This document shows, piece by piece, positions 38,869 through 49,600 of a DNA stretch of 64,000 nt. This stretch comes from Armatimonadota bacterium (GTDB lineage Bacteria > Armatimonadota > SYMT01). Below the pieces are notes generated by a model. It made no database searches and was not told the origin of the DNA. It saw only the letters and a list, made by a program, of their open reading frames with translations. Numbering within the stretch: the stretch's first letter is position 1; each line of letters opens with the position of its first letter. Made by a program: the position numbers and the translations under genes. The DNA is taken from assembly GCA_046292385.1 (NCBI GenBank), contig JBKBRF010000009.1:93840-157839 (forward strand), read 5' to 3'.

Positions 38869-39572
38869 ACAGTTGGGCGCCCTCCGGGCGCCTGCGGTCT
38901 GGGCACGTCCGGCCGCCGACGGGTGCCTCAATGCCGGTGCAGCACGACCGGCTTCGCGCCCCGGACGCGGGGATCTGCGAAGCCCGGAAGCGCTGCCGGA
39001 GGCAGGGCTGGAGGGGTTCACTTGTGACCACCCCTGGCAGGGGTGGTCGCTCGAAGGGTCGGGAGGCAGCCTGTGAACCCTGCTCTTGTGGCGGTGAAAC
39101 GCGGTGACGCGGGAAGAGCTTCTCGACGGGAGTTCCCGCAGCGGCCTGCTAACGGAGCGCAGCGGAGTGTGAAAAGGCCGCGAAGGGCCTTCGTCGCGGG
39201 AGGGCTGCCTCCCGGCACAAGGGCGCGGGGTCGGGTCGCGGGCTCGAGGCTGCATCTAGAAGAGAAGCAAAGAGGCCTCGAGACTGGCCCCTCCCGCTTC
39301 ACAAGGTCACGCGCCCGATGACCGCCGGCAGAATCTGCGCATCCCGGCAAGACTCTCCCGGGGAGTAGTACAGAGGGTGACGAGGACGCGGCTCGGCGGG
39401 GCGCTCCCGAACATGCGGGCTGTCGGTGCCCCCGGAGAGCCGCGTGACGTAGATCCGCACTCCGTTCAGGGTGACCAGGGTGGGAGCTCGAAGGCGGCCG
39501 CGTACGATCGAAGGCTCCAGAGGGGGATGACTGCTGTCCCCTTCCGAAGTCGGGGGCTCCCTCCCCGCCGCG

Positions 39573-40064
39573 CTACGCTCTCCGGCGCCGGGTGGGCCGC
39601 CTCCGGAGCCGGGGAGATCCCCCGGTGAGCTCCGGGAACAGCTCCCGAGTCACCCTCACGATCGTCTTCCAGGCGGTCCGCTCCGCCTCTGGCAGCGACT
39701 CGGCCCCGCTGGAGAGCATGATCAGCTCTTCCAGGCGCGTCACTTCCATCTGGACCTCGGGGTCTCGGGAGAGGTGGCGAGCGGTCACCGTGTGCCGGAT
39801 CGTGTCACTTAGCAGCTCGCCGGTATCGGCATCCAGGAAGCGCCGCAGCCGCTCGGCGGTCAGCAGGTCCTCCTCGTCATCACTCTCGCTCAGCATTCGG
39901 AGCAGGCTCTCGCGGCCGGAATGGTGGAGCGCCTTGATAAAGAAACACCACGCGAGGCTGATGCGCGCGTTGTGATCCGACGGGTCCACCTCGACCTGCT
40001 GTCGGTAGATGGTTTCCACACGCTCGATCCACTCCATCTCGATCGATGGCTGCCTGGGGTTCAT
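39573..40064 (-). CDS. Hypothetical helical protein with a TPR-like N-terminus
   Basis: Protein-like composition with Y.Q.VEVDPSDHNARISLA pattern. Start uncertain (40064 or 40130). Confidence 0.65.
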   Translation of the reverse strand: MNPRQPSIEMEWIERVETIYRQQVEVDPSDHNARISLAWCFFIKALHHSGRESLLRMLSESDDEEDLLTAERLRRFLDADTGELLSDTIRHTVTARHLSRDPEVQMEVTRLEELIMLSSGAESLPEAERTAWKTIVRVTRELFPELTGGSPRLRRRPTRRRRA

Positions 40065-40180
40065 GGGGGACTCGATTTTCGGTTTTGACGCGAAACCGGC
40101 GGCGTGAGCCCGGCCAGCCACGTTCGCCATCGGCTCCAGTTACTGATTGTGCGGGACTGCGTTGGGCGGGACGGTGAGGG

Positions 40181-41335
40181 CTACTGGCGTCCGCGATCCC
40201 AGGTCACCTTTTGAGACCGGAAGAGGAAGCGGATCAGTCCGAGAAACAGGGCGAAGTTCATCAGGTAGAAGTAGCTGAAGGGACGGGTCCAGCGCGGCAG
40301 GGCCGTGCCGGGACGACGATGATAGGCGCAGGCGGCCAGCGCGGCGCCGCCTAACTGCGCCAGGAGCAGGGAGCGGTAAGGCTCTACGCCGCTCAGCGGT
40401 AAGTTGACCGCCCAGGCGGCCAGGAGCATCAGCGGCACGCACCACCGGAGCACCTTGTGACCCCAGTAGGCAAAGGAGACGGCGCCGAACCGGGGATGGA
40501 GCAGGCGGTAAGTGAGCCCGATCGCCTGGAAGCCCCCGGCGCCGATCCGGATCTTCCGGACCATCTCCGCGCGCGCGCTGGGACAGGGCGGCTCGAACGC
40601 GCGTGCTTCCGGGTCGAACCGCACCCGAAATCCCTGCTCCAGCACGCGCATGCAGAGGACGAAGTCGTCGACGACGGTGTTCCGCGGGAGTGGCACGTAG
40701 AGGCTGCGCCGCACGGCGTAGATCCCGCCATTACAGCCGATCAGGAAGCCGAGCCGGCTCTCACTCCGCTTGATCCAGCTCTCATACTTCCAGTAGAGGC
40801 CCTCTCCGGAGGCGCCTCCCTCTTGCTCCAGCGTGAGCTCTCCGCTGACGCACCCGACCCGCGGATCGGCGAAGTGGCGAACCAGCTTGCGCACGGCGTC
40901 CGGGGCGATCATCGTGTTCGCGTCGGACATCACCAGGATGTCGGCCCCGCTGCGGGCGGCGAGATCGTTCAACACCGAGATCTTCCCTCGACGCTCGTCG
41001 AAGAGGAAGGCGCGCACGCGTGGGTCCTGAACCCTGCGGAGGATCTCGTCGGTCCCGTCGTTCGAGCCGTCGGAGCCGACCAGCACCTCCAGCCGGTCGG
41101 AGGGGTAGTCGATCGCCAGCGAGTTCGCGATCTTCGCCGCCATCGTCGCGCGCTCGTTGAACGCGGCGACCACCAGCGCCACCCGCGGCAGCTCCTCGTC
41201 CCGCAGCAGACCGGCCGGTGCCGGCGGTGCGGCACCCCGGATGCGCGCCAGCAGCGCCAGCAGCACCGGAAAGAGGAAGTAGGTATAGAAGATGGCGCCC
41301 CAACAGGACCAGAAGATCGCGACCAGTGCCTGCAT
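40181..41335 (-). CDS. Glycosyltransferase family 2 (CESA-like, IcaA/PgaC-related)
   Basis: VAAFNE, SDGSNDGT, RRGK, SDAN, GLYWKYE, DDF and RKIRI motifs; terminal TM segments. Confidence 0.92.
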   Translation of the reverse strand: MQALVAIFWSCWGAIFYTYFLFPVLLALLARIRGAAPPAPAGLLRDEELPRVALVVAAFNERATMAAKIANSLAIDYPSDRLEVLVGSDGSNDGTDEILRRVQDPRVRAFLFDERRGKISVLNDLAARSGADILVMSDANTMIAPDAVRKLVRHFADPRVGCVSGELTLEQEGGASGEGLYWKYESWIKRSESRLGFLIGCNGGIYAVRRSLYVPLPRNTVVDDFVLCMRVLEQGFRVRFDPEARAFEPPCPSARAEMVRKIRIGAGGFQAIGLTYRLLHPRFGAVSFAYWGHKVLRWCVPLMLLAAWAVNLPLSGVEPYRSLLLAQLGGAALAACAYHRRPGTALPRWTRPFSYFYLMNFALFLGLIRFLFRSQKVTWDRGRQ

Positions 41336-41534
41336 GCCGTTCGCTCCTTCGGGACCGGCGCGCACCGGGCCCCACCCGAGGACCGTGGGAGGAGAGTGCG
41401 GGAGGGGACGCCCGCATCTTCGGGGCCGGGTCCGTCCGCGCTACTTAACTGCGCCAGGAGCGAGGCTTGTGCAGAAAGCAGCAAAGCGCGCCCCGGGGGG
41501 CGCGCTCGCGTCAGGCAGAGTTGTCCGAACGAGG

Positions 41535-42047
41535 TCAGCGGGCGGCCGCGGAGCTGGAATCGGCGAGCGTCGCGCCGCTCGCCTCCGGGTTGTACTCCTC
41601 CGGCCAGCGAGTCTCGGCGTTGTAGCGCGCTCGCTCCAATCGCGCCTCCCCCAGCTTGGCTTCCCAGAGATCCGCCCCACCCAGCCAGGCGTTCTCCAGG
41701 TCGGCACCGTCCAGGATCGCGCCAAAGAGGTCTGTCCCGCCGAGATAACAGCTGCGCAGCAAGGCGCCGCGCAGGTTGGCCAGCGGGAGCTGCGCGGTGT
41801 TCAGGTTGGCCCCGGAGAGGTTCGCTCCGGACAGGTCGGCGCCGGAGAGGTCGGCGAAGCTCAAATCGGTCTCACGCAGGTCGGCGTCCCGCAGATCGGC
41901 CCCATGAAAGTCGGCTCCCGTCAGCGTCAGCTGCGAGAGGTCGGCGCGCGCGAGCTCCGCGCCCGCCAGGTTGATCCCGGCGTCGCCATCGCTGGCAAGC
42001 TTCACCAGTACCGCACCCGTGTCTCGTTCCCTGATCGTAATGGGCAT
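41535..42047 (-). CDS. Pentapeptide repeat protein
   Basis: Tandem A(D/N)LxX repeats ending in YNAETRWPEEYNP. Confidence 0.92.
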   Translation of the reverse strand: MPITIRERDTGAVLVKLASDGDAGINLAGAELARADLSQLTLTGADFHGADLRDADLRETDLSFADLSGADLSGANLSGANLNTAQLPLANLRGALLRSCYLGGTDLFGAILDGADLENAWLGGADLWEAKLGEARLERARYNAETRWPEEYNPEASGATLADSSSAAAR

Positions 42048-42334
42048 TGCGCTAGTCGTGGGCGTCCGCCTCGCCGGGGCGGAGTGTCTGGTCAGGCACC
42101 TGCGAGCGGTCGAAAGCTGCACGCGTGGGAACGGCGGCGCACCTCTCCACGCAAACCATGCGGCCAGCTGGGCTCCGGCAGCCTGCTAACTGGGAAGCGG
42201 GGGAGAGACCCGGTGGGGTCACGATAATCCGCCGGATCTCTCCTTATTATCGGTAGATTGACGGCGGTAGTCACTGCCACAAGTCTCCGCACCCAGGATG
42301 CAGCGCGCCGCGGGATCGTCCGGAGGACCAAACG

Positions 42335-42826
42335 ATGCGCTTTTACCGGGACGCGGCGGCTATCGTCACCCTATCGACCTTCGCGTGTATCGGCATGCTC
42401 TGTCTCTGCCGGGCGGACGGGCGACCGCTCCGGGCAGTCGTCCGGAAGCACGGCGTCGAAGCCGCGGTGGGCGCCGGCTCACCGGGAATGCCGCGGAACA
42501 CGCAGCTCGAAGGGAAGACTGCTCTCGGCTTTCGACCGTCTCCGGTGAGCAAGGCGCGGAACATGCCGGTGGCGCACCTCCCGCTGGATACGGATTCCGA
42601 GCGCTGCGTGAAGAGCATCGGGGCCGATACCGCACGGTGTCCGGGCCCCGGCCGCGTCTGGAACGGTGCGCCGTGGGAGATTCCCTACGTGGTAGTACCC
42701 GGCTCGCGGCGGCGTGTACCAGTAGTTTTCGACCACGCGAACGAAGCCGACTTCGGGCTCTACCCGCTGCCGACCGACGCTCCTGGCGAGGGTGACCCGC
42801 AGAATGCGGAGGGGATCGGAACCTGA
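42335..42826 (+). pseudogene. Probable truncated/degenerate remnant of a secreted hypothetical protein
   Basis: Signal-like N-terminus, then LPLD.DS....SIG...WNGAP..IPYVVVPG....VPV.F....E.D.G.YP.P.DAP.EG. From memory this resembles only the N-terminal part of a longer family; not verified. Confidence 0.45.
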
Positions 42827-42868
42827 TCCCGCTCCACCGCAACCACCGGGGGCTATCCGCCCCGCCGC

Positions 42869-43561
42869 CTACTCGCCGAGTGGGAGCTTGCCGCGCAGCT
42901 CCTGGCGCAGCGTCTCCAACGCATGACGCAGGTTCGAGCGCGCGGTGGCCGGCCGCACCTGCAGACGCTCCCCGATCTCCTCGAACGAGAGCGAGTGGTA
43001 GTAGCGGTAGAGAACGGTCCGCCGCTGCCGCTCCGGCAGCCGCCGGATCGCCTCCAGGAGCATCCGGCGAAGGTCGCGCGACAGGATCGGCTGCAGCGCC
43101 TCCGTGTCGTCCACCGCGAAGGCGCCGGGCTGGAGCTCCATCGCCGTGGAGAGCCGCATCTCCACCCGGGCGGTCCGCCACTGTTTCCGGACGTGGGTGT
43201 AGACGGAGAAGGTGAGCCCCTTCACCAGGTAGGGGCGGAGCGGGATCCCGCGGTCCGGATCGTAGGCGTTCACGAGCTGCCGGTACCGGTAGTAGATCTC
43301 TACGGCCAGGTCGCGGCGGCCCTCGTCACCCACGCCATACTGCGAGAGCAGGCGCCGCACCAGCGGCTGCAGCTCCGCGTAGAGCCGGTCGTACTCCTCT
43401 GCGGAGCGCCCCGGCCGATAGGATCGGGAGCGTCCGTCATACACCCCCTCGTGCTCGCGCGCGGCCGCGGCAAGGCGGGAGGGGGAGAGCGGAGGTGTCC
43501 GGGGGGCGAGATGCTGTGAGCAGGGGTGCAACGGAGGGCTCCTCTTTCGGTGATTACTCAC
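42869..43561 (-). CDS. Sigma-70 family sigma factor, paralog of 37485-38189
   Basis: LQPLVRRLL.QYG, YDPDRGIPLRPYLV, LPERQR and SFEEI...LQVRPATARS.LRH motifs. Start uncertain. Confidence 0.9.
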   Translation of the reverse strand: MSNHRKRSPPLHPCSQHLAPRTPPLSPSRLAAAAREHEGVYDGRSRSYRPGRSAEEYDRLYAELQPLVRRLLSQYGVGDEGRRDLAVEIYYRYRQLVNAYDPDRGIPLRPYLVKGLTFSVYTHVRKQWRTARVEMRLSTAMELQPGAFAVDDTEALQPILSRDLRRMLLEAIRRLPERQRRTVLYRYYHSLSFEEIGERLQVRPATARSNLRHALETLRQELRGKLPLGE

Positions 43562-43878
43562 CCGGGGGTCGATAACAGTAGCCGGTCATCTGCGCAACCG
43601 CATCCCTCTCCCGGCGCCACGGCCGGTTCCCTTTGATGGAAATGTTTTGTTCGTCTCTTGCCTGGCAGCCCTGACGCGTCTTAGGACGGAGGCTCGCTGC
43701 GATTTCGACGCAGGAAATAGGAGGAAATCTCAATGTCTCCTCACTTGACAAGCAAGCGTTGCGGGCGATCCTCCGGAAGCGGCGTGGGAAGGGAGGTCCG
43801 CTCCCGCAGCGACTTCACCAGCTCGCCCTGCCGCCTACTCGCCCTGGCCCCCGCCGTCCCTCCCGGCCTGGCCGGGTG

Positions 43879-44913
43879 TCAGGTGACTCGCCGGCGCTTC
43901 CTCGTGCTCTCGGCGCTGCCGGCAGCGCAATCGACTTCGAGCACGCGGTTGGAGCGGGTCACTACGGTGTCGAGCTCCGCCGAGCGCTCGATCAGCCGGT
44001 CGGCCACCTCGTCCAGGTCCGCACCGCTGGCATAGCGCAGCGTGGTGAACTTTCGCCGCACCGGCACGATCCGCAGCCTCTCCACCCGGGCTTCGCGGAG
44101 CTGCAGCAGGAAAACGGCGGTGAGGTCGTTCCGGAGCACCGGATCCACGGCGTAGTCGTCCAGTAGCGAGCCGGCGCTGTAGAGGATCGGCGTCCGATCG
44201 TAGACCTCGATGCCGTGGAGGGTCTGGGGCCCATGCCCGTAGACCAGATCGGCGCCCCGGTCGACCGCCGCCCGGGCGAGCTCCCGAACGTAGGTCGGTG
44301 TCGCGCGCTGATAACTGTGTCCCCAGTGCATCGAGAAGACGACGAAGTCCGCGCCGGCCCGGCGCGCCGCCGCGAGAGAGCGCTCGATCTGGCGCAGGGT
44401 GCCGGGGTTCGGATCGAGCGGGAGGTGGTAGACGCCCGCCTTGCCCGGGCCGGCGGCCCACTCGGGGTCCTGCTCGCTGACCGCCACCAGTCCCAGGGAG
44501 AGCGATCCGATGCGCTTCACGGCCGGACGGATCGCCTCTCCCAGGTCTCGTCCCGCGCCGGCGTAGGCGATGCGCACCGCGGCGAGGTGGCGCAGCGTAT
44601 CGCGCAGCCCCTTCTCCTCGTAGTCGAGCGCGTGGTTATTCGCCAGGCTCACCATCCCGACGTTGCCCGCGCTTAGAACGGCAGTGGCTTCCGGCGGCGC
44701 CTTGAAGAGGAAGGGGCGACGGGAGTGCGACCACCAGCGCAGGTGGTCGGTGATCGCGCACTGCAGGTTGGCGACGACCGTGTCGGTCGACGTGAGCTCC
44801 GTCAGCAAGTCTCCCCAGACGACGCGAGGGTCTCGCCCGTGAGCCGCCACGGTATCCGCCACGCCGCGCGCCAGCATGACGTCTCCTACGAGACCCACTA
44901 CGGCATCACCCAT
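43879..44913 (-). CDS. CapA/PgsA family metallophosphatase-fold protein
   Basis: VGDVML.R, SLANNHALDY, GAG, SMHWG and GADLVYGH motifs. Confidence 0.9.
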   Translation of the reverse strand: MGDAVVGLVGDVMLARGVADTVAAHGRDPRVVWGDLLTELTSTDTVVANLQCAITDHLRWWSHSRRPFLFKAPPEATAVLSAGNVGMVSLANNHALDYEEKGLRDTLRHLAAVRIAYAGAGRDLGEAIRPAVKRIGSLSLGLVAVSEQDPEWAAGPGKAGVYHLPLDPNPGTLRQIERSLAAARRAGADFVVFSMHWGHSYQRATPTYVRELARAAVDRGADLVYGHGPQTLHGIEVYDRTPILYSAGSLLDDYAVDPVLRNDLTAVFLLQLREARVERLRIVPVRRKFTTLRYASGADLDEVADRLIERSAELDTVVTRSNRVLEVDCAAGSAESTRKRRRVT

Positions 44914-45288
44914 CTTCTCTCCCCGGGAACGCGCCGGCTTCTACCAGGAAGCGAGCACGGCGGGGACGCCGCACGGCGACGCCCCCGCCCTCTCCACGGT
45001 AGAACCAACCGTCACCTGCAGAAGTGCGGAGCGCAAGCCGTACGTGCAAGCCGCTTTTGGGGTGAGAAATGCTGCTCCTGAACGGAGCGACACGGACGGC
45101 TCCCAATCTCCCCGGGGCGGCGAGTGGATGCTGAGGATCGAGGGATCCGTTGCGACATGGATGCCTGGACGCTCCGTCATCCAATGAAAGAGAGAGCAAT
45201 CTCTCCCGGGATTCAAGGTCTGGCTCGTCCGGACCCCTTTCATCCAACCGAGCCGTAACCGATCAGGATCGGCCCGGTTTCACCGACG

Positions 45289-46167
45289 ATGAGTGCAGGG
45301 AGCGCAATGCCGCAGCAAGAGTCGCTTACCGAAACCGCCGACCGCCTCTGGGCGGCTTACGCCGAGAACCGGGATCCGGCCGTTCGCGAGGCTCTGATCT
45401 ACCAGTTCAAGCCGCTCGCCCACCGCATCACCAGCCGCTTTCTCGGCCGTGGGGTGCCGGAGGAGGACCTGGAGCAGGTGGCGATGATCGGCCTGATCCT
45501 GGCGGTCGACCGGTTCGATCCCCGGAGCGGCTACCGCTTCGCGACCTTCGCCACTCCAACGATCATCGGCGAGATCAAACGCCACTTCCGGGATCACTAC
45601 TGGCGGACGCGGGTGCCGCGGAGCATCAGCGAGCTCTACGTCCGGATCGCTCCCGCGCAGGCGCAGCTCACGGTGAGGCTGGGACGGCAGCCGCTGCTGG
45701 CAGAGCTGGCGGAGGAGCTCCGTGTTACCGAAGAAGAGCTGGTGGAGGCGATGGCGGTAGACGAGCGGAACCGCATGGCCTCGTTCCACCGGGAGTACGC
45801 GGACGACGACGAGAACCCGACCGACCTGGAAGACGTGGTCGGCACGCACGATGCCCAGCTCACGCACGTGGACCACCGGATCTGCCTGGAGCAGATCATC
45901 ACCTGCCTGCCGCGAAACCAGCGGGAGGTGCTGCGGCTAAGGTTTCTCACCGGCATGAGCCAGCGCGCGGTAGGGCAGCACCTGGGGATCTCCCAGATGC
46001 ACGTCTGCCGGCTCGAGCAGCGGGCGCTGGCGATGCTGCGCCGCGAGTTGATCTCCGGCCAGCTCACGGTCGACTCGCTGCCCTCACCCTCTATCCTGTT
46101 CGCGCTGACTCTCCGGCGCCGGCAGGGCAAGGCGCGGCTCCGCTCTCTCCGCGGCTCCACCCCGTAA
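45289..46167 (+). CDS. SigB/SigF/SigG-family RNA polymerase sigma factor
   Basis: EDLEQVA.IGL..AVDRFDP, FATFATPTIIGEIKRHFRD and SQ..VG..LGISQMHV.RL motifs. Start is 45289 or 45307. Confidence 0.92.
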   Translation: MSAGSAMPQQESLTETADRLWAAYAENRDPAVREALIYQFKPLAHRITSRFLGRGVPEEDLEQVAMIGLILAVDRFDPRSGYRFATFATPTIIGEIKRHFRDHYWRTRVPRSISELYVRIAPAQAQLTVRLGRQPLLAELAEELRVTEEELVEAMAVDERNRMASFHREYADDDENPTDLEDVVGTHDAQLTHVDHRICLEQIITCLPRNQREVLRLRFLTGMSQRAVGQHLGISQMHVCRLEQRALAMLRRELISGQLTVDSLPSPSILFALTLRRRQGKARLRSLRGSTP

Positions 46168-46204
46168 GATCGAGCTCCTCGCGACCGGATCCGCAGGCTG
46201 ATCG

Positions 46205-46603
46205 TCAGCTCGGGCCGTTCAGCTCCCGCTCGAGCTGGAAGCGCTCCAGCGCGGCCGGCACTGCGGCGGCGAGCTGCGCGTCGGTGGCCGGCTTGACCAG
46301 GTTGCCGGACGCGCCCGCCGCGAGAGCCCGCCGGATCGTCTGGTGATCGCTGTAGGCGGAGAGCATCAGGATCGCGGTCGGATGGGAGCGCATGATCTCG
46401 CGCGTGGCGGAGATGCCGTCAAGCTCGGGCATTTCCACGTCCATCAGGATCAGGTCCGGGTGGAGGCGCGAGGCGGACTCGACCGCCTCGCGGCCGTTCC
46501 GCGCGGTGCCGACCACGTGATAACCCAGGCGGGTAAGCACCGAGCGGAGCCGATACACAGAGAGGCCTTCGTCCTCACAGATCAGTATCCGCACGCTCTC
46601 CAC
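46205..46603 (-). CDS. Stand-alone response regulator receiver (PdtaR/NasT-like REC, no ANTAR)
   Basis: [19 protein letters not shown] and LVKP motifs; overlaps the kinase stop. Confidence 0.9.
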   Translation of the reverse strand: MESVRILICEDEGLSVYRLRSVLTRLGYHVVGTARNGREAVESASRLHPDLILMDVEMPELDGISATREIMRSHPTAILMLSAYSDHQTIRRALAAGASGNLVKPATDAQLAAAVPAALERFQLERELNGPS

Positions 46604-49600
46604 CGGCTCTTTCCTTATCCCGCCTCGGAAAACGAAGCTCCACCCGGAGCCCTGCCTGGTTCAACATCCGCATCCGGCCGCTCATGTTCGACTGGATCAA
46701 CGCCTGGACTACCCCGAGTCCCACGTTCCCATGCCGATCCAGCTCGAACCCGGCCGGGAGTCCCGGACCATCATCTTGCACCACCAGCAGCACGTCCTCA
46801 TCTTCCTCTAGGACGCGTACTTCCAGCCGGCCGTTCCGTCCCTTTAGCGCGTGCTTCGCCGCATTGCTGATCAACTCGTTCAGGATCAGCGCCAATGCGG
46901 TTGCTTGCCTGGAGGGCAGGCAAAGGGAGGGTATCTCAGTTTGCACCTGGGCCTGTCCCAGGTTGATGCCGTTACTCTGGAGCACGGTCGGGATGAGCCG
47001 CTGGGCCAGGTGGCGGATATCGACGGTCTCCACGTCCTCGTCGCGGGAGAGGAGATCGTGGACCAGGGCAATCGCCTGCACGCGCTCCATGCTCTCCCGC
47101 AGTGGGTCAGCAACTTCCCGCGTACGGGCGGAGAAGAGCTCCAGGGAGAGCAGATCGGTAATCGCCTGCAGGTTGTTCTTGATCCGGTGGTGCGCTTCCC
47201 GGATCGCCAACTCCAGCTGCTCGCTCTTCTGCTGTTCGCTCTGGAGCAGCCGCTCGCGCTCCGCCGCCGCTCGCTTCTCGTCGGTGACGTCTTCGTTCAA
47301 CACCACCACGCCGTACGCTTCCCCATCCTCGTCGCGGACCGGAATCGCCGAGTTGCGGATCGTCTTGCGGGTGCCGTCGGCGGCCTCGATCACGATCAGC
47401 TCGTTGAGCCTCACCTCTCCATACCGGGCCGCCCGCGCGCTCGCCCATTCCTCGGGTCGAATTGACTGACCCGTGTCGGCCCACCAGCCGTGGCGGGGGA
47501 AGTACGCTTGGATATCAAAATCGGCGCTCCCACCCCAGATCCGGTGGGCCTCCGGGTTCCCCATCAGGATCCGCCCGTTGGGATCCGCAAGCCACACTCC
47601 TACCGGCAGTGCCTGCAGCACCGTACGGAAGAGCCGGGTCTGGCGCCGTTCGCTGGCGAGCAGGCGCGCCCGCTCCATGGCGATAGCGAGATAGTGGCTG
47701 ATCGAGGCGAACAAGGTTAGCTCGTCCGCGTCGAACTCGCGGCGGCTGTGAGATCCGAAGGAAAGGGTGCCGAGGAGCCGATCTCCGGCCAGCAGGGGAT
47801 AACTGCAGAAAGCGCGGACTCCGTGCTCGCGGAGCACATTCGTGGCGGTGTCGCTCCGCTCTTGAAGATCCGAGGCGTACTGGGGCGCCCTCAGTTGCGC
47901 CGCCCGCCCGCAGATGCTGTCCCAGAACTGCGTTGAGAAGTACTCTTCGAGACCGGTCCCTTCCAGCCCGGCGTAAGAGCAGAGCGCGAGCGCCTGGCCC
48001 TCCTCCTGCGCCACGAGGTAGATAAATGAGTCGACCCCCGCGTGCGTCGAGACCCGTTCGAAGAGGCTGCGGACTACCTGGACCGGGTCTTCCGTCTCCA
48101 GGAGCTCGCCGGCCGCCTCCGAAAGCAGGAGCCAGCGAAGGCTCTGCCGGGCCCGCTCCTCTTCCGCCTGCTTCTGCCAGGTCACGTCCCGGTTGATCTC
48201 CAGCACCGCGGCCGGCACGCCATCCTCTCCCGTCTGGAGCACGTGACGGCTGGCGACGATCAGCTGCTCACCGGTGCGCGTCCGCTGCACCAGCTCGCCC
48301 TCCCAGGCGCCGCGGCGCTGCAGCTCGGCGGAGATCGCTTCCATCACCTCGGGCGGCATCCCGACCAACTCCGCCATCGATCGGCCCAGCACTTCCGCCT
48401 TCGAGAACCCGTAGGTCCGCTCGGCGCCGCTGTTCCAGTAGGCGATACGGCCGGAGAGGTCGCGCACGACGATGGCATCGTGCGCAAGATCGAGAAGGCG
48501 AGCCTGCTGCTGCAGTCGCAGCTCGGCTCGCTTCCGCCGGGTGATGTCTCGGGCGATTCCCACCATCCCGCAGACGGCGCCCTCCACATCTCGAAGGGCG
48601 GTGAGTGAGATCAGGACGGGGAACCGGCTGCCGTCCTTGCGAATCGCGGTCCACTCCCGCTCGATCTCCTCGCCCGCCGCCAGGTCCTCCAACGCTTTCC
48701 GGAACCGCTCTTCGGGGGTAAACTCGCGCCGGTGCAGCCGGTCCTCGCCCCACCGGCGCAGCTCTTCCGCTTCCAGGACTCGATCGACTCCCTCCTTCCC
48801 CACTATCTCGGCGGCCGTGTACCCGAGCATCCGCTCCGCCCCACGGTTGAAAGAGCGGAAGATGCCGCGCTCGTCGGTGGAGACGATGGCGTAGTCCGCT
48901 GCGTTGAGGATTGCTTCCTGCAGCGCGTGCGCTTCCTGCAGCGCCTGTTCGGCCCGCTTCCGATCGGAGATGTCCTGCACCATCGTAATCCGCCGGTACG
49001 GTCGCCCCTCCGCGTCCCGGAGCAGGGTGCCGTCCAGGCGGACCCAGATCGTGTTGCCGTCCTTGCGAACGCAGCGCTTCTCCAAAATCCACTGATCGGA
49101 CCGCCCCTCCGCCACGGCTCGCAAGTTCTCTTCCGTACGGTACCGATCTTCGGGGTGGGTGAGATCAAGCAGCGACATAGAGAGCAGCTCGTCCTGCTCG
49201 TACCCGGTGATCTCACAGAAGCGGCGATTCACCCGGAGGAAGCGGCCGGTCTGCGGCTCGGTCTCGGTCACCCCTACTGCCGCCAGCTCGAAGATCGCCC
49301 GATACTCCGCCTCGCTCCGGGCCAGGGTTTCGGTCGACCGCTTCCGCTCGGTGATGTCGAGCATCTGGCTCACGAAGTAAAGCGGAGCACCGTCGTCGCC
49401 GCGAACGAGCGTAGTAGTGAGCAGGATCCAGAGGAGGCTGCCGTCCCGGCGGAGATACCGCTTTTCGGTCTCGTAGGTTCGGATCACTCCGGAGAGAAGC
49501 TGCTCCAGCCGCTCCGTATCTCGCTCCAGGTCCTCGGGATGGGTGATCGACTGAAAGGTCATCCGGGTGAGCTCTGCCTCGGAGTAGCCGGTGAGCTCGC

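Noticed and set aside
38300..39570. Several 80-185 aa ORFs in the palindromic region
   Set aside because: Arg/Pro/Gly-rich, no motifs, weak starts and mutually overlapping.
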